From assembly GCA_000996035.1 (NCBI GenBank), contig LBYH01000001.1:21676-85675 (forward strand): 64,000 bases of DNA, read 5' to 3'. The position numbers and the translations under genes are program-made. Under the pieces are notes generated by a model. The model was given only the letters and a program-made list of their open reading frames with translations, was not told where the DNA came from and searched no databases. Positions 28,203-36,621 of this stretch are shown here, piece by piece. The DNA is from Parcubacteria group bacterium GW2011_GWA2_40_143 (GTDB lineage Bacteria; Patescibacteriota; Minisyncoccia; UBA9983). Position 1 is the first letter of the stretch. The number at the start of each line of letters is the position of its first letter.

Positions 28203-28970
28203 CTATGTCAAGCGATATTTTCCAGCTTCAACGAATTCAAGATAACCTTTATCTCTCAAAAATTGTAATTGCTGTCTTATTTTCGGCTTTATATTTTTGT
28301 TTTCAGGATGAATGACAGATAAGTCTTGCTCAAAAGCATACATATCTTCCAGTGTGAAATCTTTTTTATTGAGAGAGTCAATGCAATTCATAATGTCTAA
28401 AATCCAACCCTTAGCGTCAGGTTTTTTAACTTGTTTTAGAAACACTGTTTTCTGCCATTTTTCCAATACATCTTTTTTATCAAGCTCTTTTCCATTTTCA
28501 ATATAAAAAATTTGCCCTGCTTTTGGTATTTTTGAAAACAGAATATTTGAACCAACCCAACCAGCTCGTCTGGCACTTTCTGCGAGAGGTTTTCGTTCTT
28601 CGATAATTTCAGATACAAAAAAGTGTTTTGGGATAACAAAAAAATCATTCACATTCCACATCTCGACCATATAACCCATAAAAAAGAAGTTTGGTTTTTG
28701 AAACGAATTGATTCTCTTTATCATCTGAGAGTAAGCACCCGCAGAAACTTTTTTGCCAATTTTGCCTTTTTTAGATTTTAACTCAAAATCTTCGGAACAT
28801 TTTTTGCAATAAAAATCTGCAACAGGTTTGTTGTTGTCGTAATCGTAAATACTATCACCACAACTTGGACAATATATTTCATTAAGAACCCAAGCCTCAC
28901 TTAGAACACGGGCTTTTTGAGAATAACTTGTGTAAGTGTCAGCTAGTTTAGTATCGAAAGTTAAGTTCAT
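28203..28970 (-). CDS. DpnI-family (m6A-dependent, type IIM) restriction endonuclease
   Basis: 255 aa. N-terminal SQKARVLSE, a Cys4 cluster (YCPSCG … YCKKCS), and a PD-(D/E)xK triad with D-x10-E-x-K spacing (ADFYCKKCSEDFELKSKK) matching DpnI D53/E64/K66. The C-terminal RQQLQFLRDKGYLEF winged-helix region is DpnI-like. Length matches DpnI (254 aa). Confidence 0.75.
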   Translation of the reverse strand: MNLTFDTKLADTYTSYSQKARVLSEAWVLNEIYCPSCGDSIYDYDNNKPVADFYCKKCSEDFELKSKKGKIGKKVSAGAYSQMIKRINSFQKPNFFFMGYMVEMWNVNDFFVIPKHFFVSEIIEERKPLAESARRAGWVGSNILFSKIPKAGQIFYIENGKELDKKDVLEKWQKTVFLKQVKKPDAKGWILDIMNCIDSLNKKDFTLEDMYAFEQDLSVIHPENKNIKPKIRQQLQFLRDKGYLEFVEAGKYRLT

Positions 28971-28973
28971 AAA

Positions 28974-29717
28974 TTAAGCAAAAGTGTACGAAGTAAACGA
29001 TGCAGTTTTACTTACTGGATAATATGGTGGATCAAAATAAACAAAATCTCCCTTTTTTGCTTTTTTAAGTACTTCTTTATAATCTTGTTTTTTTATTTCA
29101 ACATTTTTTAATGCTTTTGATGCTTTTCTAAGATTATTTTCATCGCAAATAAGAGGATTTGTGTATTTACCAAATGGAACATTAAATCCGCCTCTGCTAT
29201 TCACGCGATACATACCATTGAAACAAGTTCTATTCAGATAGATAAAGCGAGAAGCAGTATTTAAGTCAGAGAGTTTTTCTGGGTTTTGAACTCGTATTTT
29301 TAGAAAGTAGTCTTTATCTAGTTTGTGTTTTTTAAGTGATTTTATTAGATTTTCAACATCATTTTTTATCACATTGTAAGTGATAACAAGTTCGTTGTTT
29401 AAATCGGAAAGATATGCTGTCTCTGGAAGTAAATCAAAGAACACTGCACCTCCGCCAACAAAAGGCTCGAAATATTTTCCTTTTTTAATATCAAATTTTT
29501 CAGGTGGGTATAGATTCATTAAACGAAATTGTGCGAGAAGCTGTCTTTTCCCACCAACCCATTTAACAAAAGGTTTTGGCTTTTCATCAATAATTCTTCC
29601 AGAGTCTTCTAATAGATTTGTTTTGTCGGCAAGTGAGAATACTCTCTGTGCGTAAATTGCATTAATATTGAAGGTGTTCTGAATCTCCTTTATAGCTTTT
29701 TTTGTGGTCATTAGCAT
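28974..29717 (-). CDS. Dam-family N6-adenine DNA methyltransferase (alpha class), apparently C-terminally truncated
   Basis: 247 aa. KWVGGKRQL, EPFVGGGAVFF (motif I), NRTCFNGMYRVN, DPPYYPVSKTASFTSYTFA*. E. coli Dam continues about 90 aa beyond the equivalent DPPYAPLSATANFTAY. Here the ORF stops 3 nt before the dpnI-like start. Confidence 0.75.
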   Translation of the reverse strand: MLMTTKKAIKEIQNTFNINAIYAQRVFSLADKTNLLEDSGRIIDEKPKPFVKWVGGKRQLLAQFRLMNLYPPEKFDIKKGKYFEPFVGGGAVFFDLLPETAYLSDLNNELVITYNVIKNDVENLIKSLKKHKLDKDYFLKIRVQNPEKLSDLNTASRFIYLNRTCFNGMYRVNSRGGFNVPFGKYTNPLICDENNLRKASKALKNVEIKKQDYKEVLKKAKKGDFVYFDPPYYPVSKTASFTSYTFA

Positions 29718-29769
29718 AACTTCATTTTACAATAATCTTGAATTAATATAAAGGTAATAGTCGAACACA

Positions 29770-29796
29770 AAGCCACCCGATCGGGTGGCTTTGTGT
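29770..29796. terminator. Perfect 11-bp hairpin CAAAGCCACCC-GATC-GGGTGGCTTTG. Possible terminator between tRNA-Gln and the island.
   Basis: Inverted repeat read directly from the sequence. No strong T-tract, so a terminator role is tentative. Confidence 0.3.
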
Positions 29797-29874
29797 TCTG
29801 AATACTGCTCTCAGCAGGTATGCAATTTAAGTATAGATCTTCCTGATTAGCTCTATCTTTGAGCTAGCTCAAGT

Positions 29875-29948
29875 TGGCTGCCAGACTAGGATTCGAACCT
29901 AGATAACAGGTTTCAGAGACCTGTGTCCTACCATTAGACGATCTGGCA
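29875..29948 (-). tRNA. tRNA-Gln (anticodon CTG), CCA encoded
   Basis: The reverse complement folds as a cloverleaf. Acceptor stem TGCCAGA/TCTGGCA (7 bp), D-arm GTCT-AATGGTA-GGAC, anticodon stem CAGGT/ACCTG with loop CTCTGAA, T-arm CTAGG-TTCGAAT-CCTAG, discriminator G, then CCA. Confidence 0.85.
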
Positions 29949-30110
29949 ATATGTTCTTGACAATGTTTTTACATTCCCAATCTACCAGAAAAATGGCCAA
30001 AAATCCAATTTTTGTGATATGGTTTAAATATAATGTGGCGGTCTCTCCGGAAATAAAAGCTTGTTTTGACGAGTTTATAGAACTCTTGAAAGACCAGTCG
30101 TATGGATAGG

Positions 30111-31031
30111 CTAAACCCTCAGATACCGCCTTATGGCGATGAAGCTGGAAACAGAGCAGATCAACACGCCGATTATCAAAAGAATTACAAAGATTTGTCC
30201 GAAGTTTTGGATATAATAATTATACACATTCATGCCGCTTAAAAAGTTTTCCGTGAGAGCGCCAAGCCACATGGTAACGGGAAAGAACATAATCATGGTA
30301 ATAATGGCCGAAACCACGCCGTACATAACACCCTCCACTATAAACGGCCCGCTGGCAAATTTATTGCTAGCTCCCACCAAGCGCATTACTTCTATCTCTT
30401 CGCGAGAGGAATAGATAGTAAGCCTGATAGTATTGAAAGTAACCAATATGGCGACACCGGCAAGCACCAAGCTAATAATCACCCCGAATCTCTGCGCCGA
30501 ATCTGTGAGCACGGAAAGACGTTCTATGACTCTTTTATTTTCAAAATAGTTTATCTTGTCTATATAATCACTCGCGCCGGAATTCATGTGACTATTCAAA
30601 AAATTGGCGATTGATTCATATTGAGAAATTTCTTTAGCTTTTATGTTTAAAGAAGCGCCAAGAGGATTCTCACCTAATTCATCCAAAGATTGCATAAGGA
30701 GAGCGTTATTTTTGTTTCTCTCTTTAAAACTTTCCAGGGCTTGTTCTCTGTCAACATACGCCACATCCTTCGTTTCCGACAATTTAGAAACAGCTGTTTT
30801 AATGGTCATTATGTCCTGCTCTTGAGCCTCCGGCTTGAAATATACGGTTATGTCCACTTTGTCTTTAAGCTGGGCAACGAGCGCGTCAAGACCACCTTTA
30901 AAAAACACCAGCGAGCCGATAGTAAAAAGGGTTATCACCACCACCAGAATGGAAGCGAGCGACACCCAGCCATTTCGCCAAAAACTCATAAAACCCGCCC
31001 TTATGACTCTTTTTAATTTTGTGAAAAACAT
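30111..31031 (-). CDS. ftsX: Cell-division ABC transporter permease FtsX
   Basis: 306 aa. N-terminal transmembrane helix, periplasmic domain, C-terminal FtsX 3-transmembrane bundle. Immediately downstream of ftsE. Confidence 0.85.
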   Translation of the reverse strand: MFFTKLKRVIRAGFMSFWRNGWVSLASILVVVITLFTIGSLVFFKGGLDALVAQLKDKVDITVYFKPEAQEQDIMTIKTAVSKLSETKDVAYVDREQALESFKERNKNNALLMQSLDELGENPLGASLNIKAKEISQYESIANFLNSHMNSGASDYIDKINYFENKRVIERLSVLTDSAQRFGVIISLVLAGVAILVTFNTIRLTIYSSREEIEVMRLVGASNKFASGPFIVEGVMYGVVSAIITMIMFFPVTMWLGALTENFLSGMNVYNYYIQNFGQIFVILLIIGVLICSVSSFIAIRRYLRV

Positions 31032-31052
31032 TTGCTTTATTATTTCTAAATA

Positions 31053-31733
31053 TTATAACGTATATTTGCCTTTTTTATCATCTCTTATTATTTTACCATC
31101 TTCCAAGGTAACTACTCTTTTACCAAGTGAATCTATAACACCTTTGTTGTGCGTAGCCAGAATGATGGTGGTGCCAAGTTCGTTAATCTTCTCCAATATT
31201 CGTATAATCTCTCTTGTGTTTTCTGGATCAAGATTACCGGTCGGCTCATCGGCTACCACCACGTCCGGTCGATTTATAATAGCTCTGGCTATGGCTACTC
31301 TCTGCCCCTCGCCGCCTGAGAGTTCGTGAGGGAAGCGATGGCTCTTATCAGTAAGACCCACCAAATCAAGCACGTACGGAATATTTTCTTCTATATCCTT
31401 AGTGCTGCGGCCGGAAGCTTCCATGGCGAAAGCAATATTCTCAAAAACGGTTTTACCGGATAAAAGTCTGAAATCTTGGAAAACCATGCCGATTTTTCTT
31501 CTTAAAAAAGGCAATTTTCTTCTGGGCATATAGTGGATATTTACGGATTCAAAAAAAACTTCCCCCTTGCTTGGAGCTTCTTCGGCCAGAAGAATTTTAA
31601 GCAAAGTGCTCTTGCCAGCGCCACTCCTGCCTACCAAAGACACAAACTCTTTAGACTCTATGGTAAGATTGATATCTTTCAAAGCCACGGAATCAGCTGA
31701 ATATATTTTGAATACTTGGTTAAAATAAATCAT
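31053..31733 (-). CDS. ftsE: Cell-division ATP-binding protein FtsE
   Basis: GRSGAGKSTLLK, LSGGEGQRVAIARA, VVADEPTGNLD. Confidence 0.9.
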   Translation of the reverse strand: MIYFNQVFKIYSADSVALKDINLTIESKEFVSLVGRSGAGKSTLLKILLAEEAPSKGEVFFESVNIHYMPRRKLPFLRRKIGMVFQDFRLLSGKTVFENIAFAMEASGRSTKDIEENIPYVLDLVGLTDKSHRFPHELSGGEGQRVAIARAIINRPDVVVADEPTGNLDPENTREIIRILEKINELGTTIILATHNKGVIDSLGKRVVTLEDGKIIRDDKKGKYTL

Positions 31734-31735
31734 TT

Positions 31736-32617
31736 TTAATTTAAGTTTTCCGCTTCTATAAACTCATCTATATCTCCTTCAAGCACACCATCCACATCGC
31801 TTGTCTCTACTTCCGTTCTGTGATCCTTTACCATCTTATACGGATGGAAGACGTAAGATCTTATTTGACTTCCCCATTCCGGCTCTACTTTTTGAGCAAT
31901 TCTCATGCTGTCTTTTTCCTCTTCCCGCTCTTTAAGCATTGCTTTGTAAAGTTTAGCTTTGAGCAGATGCATAGCTTTTTCTTTATTCTGCGCTTGTGAC
32001 CGTTCGCTGTCCACGTGCGCCGCTATACCTGATGGCAGATGCACGGCTCTTACCGCCGTCTCTCTCTTGTTTACGTTTTGGCCGCCCGCGCCGCCGGCTC
32101 TCATCAAGTCTATTCTCAAATCTCCTTCTTTTATCTCCACTTCCTCCGGCGCCACAAACTTTGGCGTTATTTCAAGAAGAGCGAAAGCGGTGTGACGAAG
32201 CTTCTTGGCGGAAAATGGCGATACTCTCACTAAGCGATGCACGCCAGCTTCTTTTTTTATTTTACCATATACTCCTTTTCCCTCAAGTTCAAAGGAAATG
32301 TTTTTGTATCCGCCGGTTTCGCTTCTGTGCTCGTGAAGTATTTTCGCCGTCCAATTTTGCTTCTCCGCGTATCTGCGATACATGTTAAAAAGTATCCCGA
32401 CCCAATCTTCCGCGTCATCGCCACCAGCGCCGGCAAAGAGCGTGAGCACGGCGTCACCCTTATCATATTTACCCACGCCTTCAAGTTTGTTTTTAAGCTC
32501 ACCTATTTCCCTTATCACTTCTTGAGCCTTAATCTTGTCTTGCCAGAAGTCCGCGGTTTGCATGGACCCTTCCAAATCCTTTATTTTTTGAGATATTTCT
32601 TCTTTGTTTGTCTTCAT
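31736..32617 (-). CDS. prfB: Peptide chain release factor 2 (SPF motif, GGQ motif), N-terminally short (293 aa)
   Basis: RVSPFSAKK (SPF tripeptide, RF2-type), AGGAGGQNVNK, C-terminal SQIRSYVFHP. An in-frame TAA lies 4 codons upstream of the ATG, so no N-terminal extension is possible. No CTT-TGA-type frameshift site. Confidence 0.85.
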   Translation of the reverse strand: MKTNKEEISQKIKDLEGSMQTADFWQDKIKAQEVIREIGELKNKLEGVGKYDKGDAVLTLFAGAGGDDAEDWVGILFNMYRRYAEKQNWTAKILHEHRSETGGYKNISFELEGKGVYGKIKKEAGVHRLVRVSPFSAKKLRHTAFALLEITPKFVAPEEVEIKEGDLRIDLMRAGGAGGQNVNKRETAVRAVHLPSGIAAHVDSERSQAQNKEKAMHLLKAKLYKAMLKEREEEKDSMRIAQKVEPEWGSQIRSYVFHPYKMVKDHRTEVETSDVDGVLEGDIDEFIEAENLN

Positions 32618-32825
32618 AATGCGATACTCTGATTATAGCAGAAATATCGCTCACTAAGAAAATCTTCATAAGAAAAAGCAGGCTTTTCAAGAAAGCCTGC
32701 TTTTGTTTTTTTAAAAAAAGTAAAAATAAGTTTTAAACGAACTTATTTAATTAGATCATACTTGGAATTTATGTCAAGATTTTGACTAATCCTGTTTTAT
32801 GCTAAATTTATAAAGTAATTAAATC

Positions 32826-33860
32826 ATGGATATACAATACAATTTTCAACCGAAACAAAAAAGCGACCTTAAGGCAAAAATCTTTTTACTTATCGTTATA
32901 GGTGGCATTTTGCTGGTTTCATCCGGCGTATTTAGCAGTGATAAAATCGGTGGCAAAGAAGCAGAGGCGGAAGAAGAGCCGCTCAAGTTCCCCTCCGTAA
33001 AGCAGGTGGAGGAGCAAATGCAGATTGGCACCAGCACCGTAATTGTCTTGGCGAATCCGGTGCCACCCGCGCTTTCGACCGGATCGTTTCTTTCCGTTTT
33101 TTCTTATGGTAACGGAAAATCAAAAATACTGGCCGGAAAAGAGCCGGGCAAAAAAATGCCTTTGGCCAGCGTTACCAAACTGATGACGGCTCTAATCGCC
33201 TATCAAAACATATCACCGGAACAAGAGATTGTGATAACGGAAGATATTATAAAAGAAGACAGCTCTCTTAAGTTTTGGGCGGGAGATAGATTCTTCTTTC
33301 GGGATCTATTTTTTGCCATGCTTATAGAATCAAACAACGATGCCGCCAACGCTTTCGCGGCCACGCTCGGCAAAGATAATTTTATAAAAATGATGAACGC
33401 TCAAGCCGCCGAGATAGGCATGATAAATACCTACTACGGCAATCCCACCGGCCTTGATCCGAACATAGACAGAGAGCCCATTATAAACTTCTCCACCGCT
33501 GAAGATATCTTCGTGCTGGCGGAATATATATTAGAAAATAAATCTGAAATCTTTCCCGTTACCACGCTTAAAGAATACGATATTTACAAACTTAAAGGCG
33601 GCTTTAATCACAAAGCCCAAACCACAAACAAGCTTCTTGAGTTTGGCGACACGCTGGCCTGCGCCGGTAAACCCATTAAAATATTAGGCGGCAAAACCGG
33701 CTCCACGGATCTGGCTCGCAAGAATCTTTTGCTTGTCACCGAATCGCCTATTGAAAATAGTCATATTATAAATATCGTTCTCGGCGCGGATGATCACTTC
33801 GCCGACATGACATCTTTAATTGATTGGGTGTGCCAAAATTATGATTGGCAAATATTATAG
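32826..33860 (+). CDS. dacA: D-alanyl-D-alanine carboxypeptidase (low-molecular-weight PBP, peptidase S11)
   Basis: 344 aa. N-terminal transmembrane helix, SxxK (ASVTK), SxN (ESNND), KTG (GKTGST). Confidence 0.85.
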   Translation: MDIQYNFQPKQKSDLKAKIFLLIVIGGILLVSSGVFSSDKIGGKEAEAEEEPLKFPSVKQVEEQMQIGTSTVIVLANPVPPALSTGSFLSVFSYGNGKSKILAGKEPGKKMPLASVTKLMTALIAYQNISPEQEIVITEDIIKEDSSLKFWAGDRFFFRDLFFAMLIESNNDAANAFAATLGKDNFIKMMNAQAAEIGMINTYYGNPTGLDPNIDREPIINFSTAEDIFVLAEYILENKSEIFPVTTLKEYDIYKLKGGFNHKAQTTNKLLEFGDTLACAGKPIKILGGKTGSTDLARKNLLLVTESPIENSHIINIVLGADDHFADMTSLIDWVCQNYDWQIL

Positions 33861-34547
33861 ATTTTCGTTTTTGTGTTGCTGATTTTCTTTCTCCTTTTTT
33901 ATTGCCATATCCTCTCTCCAAAGCTTTTTCTGCATTTTGTAAACCATTAAGATCATTACTACTGCTTCCGCGCCAATTATAAAAGGCAAGGCCTTTTGAG
34001 CCAAATTAACGCCAAAGATTATCAAAAGAGTATTAAGTAAAATAATGGCTATCCTGCCTTCAGTCGGACCCATCCGCAAGAAAGAGATATCCAGTTTGCT
34101 TGAAGATATAAAGGAAAGATAAACACTGACCATAAAAGAAGAAGAGAGCGTTAGTATAATCAAAAAGAGTATGGCAAAACCGGGCGGGAACAATAAGGCG
34201 TAAGCGATAATGATTGAGCTTAAAAACAAATAGTCCAGAAAATGATCCATATAATACCCCCACTTGATAAGTCCGGTATCTCTGTATCTGCCGAGCGCTC
34301 CATCAAACAGATCGGTTATGTATTGGAAAATTATCATCAAAGAAATAAACCATAGCCAATTTATATCGTTTCGCGCAAGCCAGCCAAACAAAACAATCAA
34401 GCCACTCCAAAGAAAAGTTAAGCAAGTGAGATGATAAGTTTCTATAAAACGCGGAATATGCGGAACTATCTTGTTTCTGAATTTATTTTCAGCGTCCTGC
34501 GTAAACCATTTTCCTTCTTTTTGATTGTCGGTAATTATTTTGCTCAT
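33855..34547 (-). CDS. CDP-alcohol phosphatidyltransferase family protein (PgsA-like)
   Basis: DLFDGALGRYRDTGLIKWGYYMDHFLDYLF matches D-G-x2-A-R-x8-G-x3-D-x3-D. Polytopic membrane protein. Confidence 0.8.
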   Translation of the reverse strand: MSKIITDNQKEGKWFTQDAENKFRNKIVPHIPRFIETYHLTCLTFLWSGLIVLFGWLARNDINWLWFISLMIIFQYITDLFDGALGRYRDTGLIKWGYYMDHFLDYLFLSSIIIAYALLFPPGFAILFLIILTLSSSFMVSVYLSFISSSKLDISFLRMGPTEGRIAIILLNTLLIIFGVNLAQKALPFIIGAEAVVMILMVYKMQKKLWREDMAIKKEKENQQHKNENL

Positions 34548-34650
34548 AATGTATTTTAACTAAATTTAGCATAAAATGCATTCCATGAATATCGTATACT
34601 AGGCTTTGCTACCCTCTCGTAAAATATATTCACTTCGTTCATTATTTTAC

Positions 34651-34734
34651 GGAGGGTGAGAGATTCGAACTCTCGGTGGGTTGCCCCACACAGTCTTTCC
34701 AGGACTGCGCACTAGACCACTATGCGAACCCTCC
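34651..34734 (-). tRNA. tRNA-Ser (anticodon GGA), long variable arm, CCA not encoded
   Basis: Reverse complement GGAGGGT…ACCCTCC acceptor. Anticodon stem CAGTC/GACTG with loop CTGGAAA. Long variable stem TGGGG/CCCAC. T-loop GGTTCGAATCT. Confidence 0.85.
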
Positions 34735-34853
34735 TTTTTTATATTATTTAATTAATGTTCGGGTTCGCGACATGGAACTCCCTCCAAAACATAAGTATTA
34801 TAGCAAAAAACGACCAAAATGACCAATTAAAACAAACGCCCATGATATTTCTA

Positions 34854-35033
34854 TCATGGGGCTTTTTCAAGATTTTGAGAAAAAATCTCAAGGAAAATGG
34901 ATAAAGTTTTTTCTATACCACCGGTGCAAAATTTTGCGTGGCAATAATTCTCCCAATCTTCCCAGATTTTTTGATGTAAATCTCCGGAAACATTATATTC
35001 AAGAGCAATTCTTAAAAAATCTTCTTTCTTCAT
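34854..35033 (-). CDS. Small hypothetical protein (59 aa) with a strong Shine-Dalgarno site (GAAAAAGGAGGATCAAA-ATG)
   Basis: A minus-strand ORF MKKEDFLRIALEYNVSGDLHQKIWEDWENYCHAKFCTGGIEKTLSIFLEIFSQNLEKAP is preceded by AAGGAGG 8 nt upstream. It competes with the listed plus-strand ORF 34856..35038, which has no RBS. Confidence 0.35.
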   Translation of the reverse strand: MKKEDFLRIALEYNVSGDLHQKIWEDWENYCHAKFCTGGIEKTLSIFLEIFSQNLEKAP

Positions 35034-35105
35034 TTTGATCCTCCTTTTTCTATATGAAAAATAAAAAATGCAGGATAAATTTAAGATACTATTTTCTACT
35101 GTACA

Positions 35106-36002
35106 TTATACCCCTTCTTTCTTATCTCGCAAAGCGCACAATCTCTCCTCTATCGGCGGATGAGTGGCAAACCAACCGGCTATGCGACTAGACTTAGGCG
35201 AGGATATGTATAAGTGAGCGGTGGCTTTATTGTATCGCCTCATCGGCATCTTATAGTTTGAAATTTTTTCCAACGCCGAGGCCAGTCCCTCAGGATATCG
35301 GGTAAGAAGCGATCCCGAAGCATCGGCTAAAAATTCCCTTTTGCGAGATATGGCAAGCTGAATGAGCGTTACGGCAATGGGCGCCAGAATAGCTAAGACA
35401 ATGCCGGCCAACATCATTATCATCTGAACGCGGCCATCTCCATCTCTATCTCTGCTTCTCCCACCTCCAAATAAAGTAAACCTCAGAAAGAAGTCGGAAA
35501 GAAGAGCCACAAAGCCAACTAAAATCACCACTATGGTAGAAAGCAAGATGTCTCTATTACCAATGTGAGAGAGCTCATGCGCGATTACTCCTTCCATTTC
35601 GTTTTTATTTAATACATCCAGCAAGCCGCTGGTAACGGCCACGGCGGCATGTTCTTGATTCCTGCCGGTGGCAAAAGCGTTTGGCGCCGGATCGTTTACG
35701 ATATAAAGTTTTGGCATTTTAAGCCCGGCGGTAATGCAAAGATTTTCCACAATTCTTACCAGATCCAAATGTTCTTCTCTTTTTATCGGCTTAGCGCCGG
35801 AAATTTTAAGCACGATTTTGTCGGAATACCAGAAACTGAAAAAGTTCATAAATAAACTAAAGGCCACGGCGATATAAACGAAAGACGGATCACCAAAGGC
35901 CTGCGAGAATACCCAGCCAATACCAATAACCGCCACCAAAAAAATGACCATAAGCGCCCACGTGCGACGAATATTTTTATCTTGTTGAGTGTATAGATTC
36001 AT
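35106..36002 (-). CDS. htpX: Zinc metalloprotease HtpX (M48 family)
   Basis: HELSHIGNRD (HExxH), 4 transmembrane helices, co-operonic with lemA. Confidence 0.9.
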   Translation of the reverse strand: MNLYTQQDKNIRRTWALMVIFLVAVIGIGWVFSQAFGDPSFVYIAVAFSLFMNFFSFWYSDKIVLKISGAKPIKREEHLDLVRIVENLCITAGLKMPKLYIVNDPAPNAFATGRNQEHAAVAVTSGLLDVLNKNEMEGVIAHELSHIGNRDILLSTIVVILVGFVALLSDFFLRFTLFGGGRSRDRDGDGRVQMIMMLAGIVLAILAPIAVTLIQLAISRKREFLADASGSLLTRYPEGLASALEKISNYKMPMRRYNKATAHLYISSPKSSRIAGWFATHPPIEERLCALRDKKEGV

Positions 36003-36559
36003 TAAAAACTAACCTTCACCGGCTCTTTGGCCGCTTCCTCTTCCAGTTCAAAAAAATCTTGTTTTTTGAATTTAAACATATTGCCAACGATATTGTTTGG
36101 AAATGTTTCCAGCTTGATGTTAAAATCTCGCACATTGGTATTGTAAAAACGACGGGCCGCTTGAATTTTATTTTCCGTATCGGAAAGCTCGTCTTGTAGC
36201 TTAGTAAAACTCTCTACCGCGCGCAATTGCGGATAGGCTTCAGCTATGGCAAAAATAGACTTAAGAGCAGAGCTCACCATATTGTCCGCCTCCCCTTTCT
36301 CGGCCACTGTTTGAGCGCCGAGTGCTTTGGCTCTGGCTTCAGTTACCTTCTCAAATGCCTCTCTTTCGTGAGTGGCGTAGCCTTTTACCGTCTCCACCAA
36401 GTTTGGGATAAGATCATAGCGTCTTTTGAGCTGCACATCTATGTCGGCCCAAGCCTCTTTAGTGCGGTTTAAAAGACGCACGAAACCGTTGTATATGGCT
36501 ATAAACCAAGCCGCCGCTATGGCAGCAACACCTATTATTATATATGTAACCGTATTCAT
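36002..36559 (-). CDS. lemA: LemA family protein
   Basis: 185 aa. N-terminal transmembrane helix and the LemA consensus (…RRYDLIPNLVETVKGYATHE…AEAYPQLRA…). Confidence 0.85.
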   Translation of the reverse strand: MNTVTYIIIGVAAIAAAWFIAIYNGFVRLLNRTKEAWADIDVQLKRRYDLIPNLVETVKGYATHEREAFEKVTEARAKALGAQTVAEKGEADNMVSSALKSIFAIAEAYPQLRAVESFTKLQDELSDTENKIQAARRFYNTNVRDFNIKLETFPNNIVGNMFKFKKQDFFELEEEAAKEPVKVSF

Positions 36560-36621
36560 AATATTGATACTAAAAGCCTATAATAAATAATTATAGCATA
36601 TTGGGAAAATAATAGAGTAAG

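Noticed and set aside
32618-32700. Upstream short ORF (MKIFLVSDISAII…, +1 frame) as a candidate RF2 frameshift partner
   Set aside because: Its sequence bears no resemblance to the RF2 N-terminus and there is no CTT-TGA shifty site. More likely this is just the prfB promoter and leader, with TTCTTA-17-TATAAT visible.
34856-35038. Plus-strand 60-aa ORF
   Set aside because: The overlapping minus-strand ORF of the same length is preceded by a strong AAGGAGG ribosome-binding site, whereas the plus-strand ORF has none. The minus-strand reading is preferred, though neither is certain.
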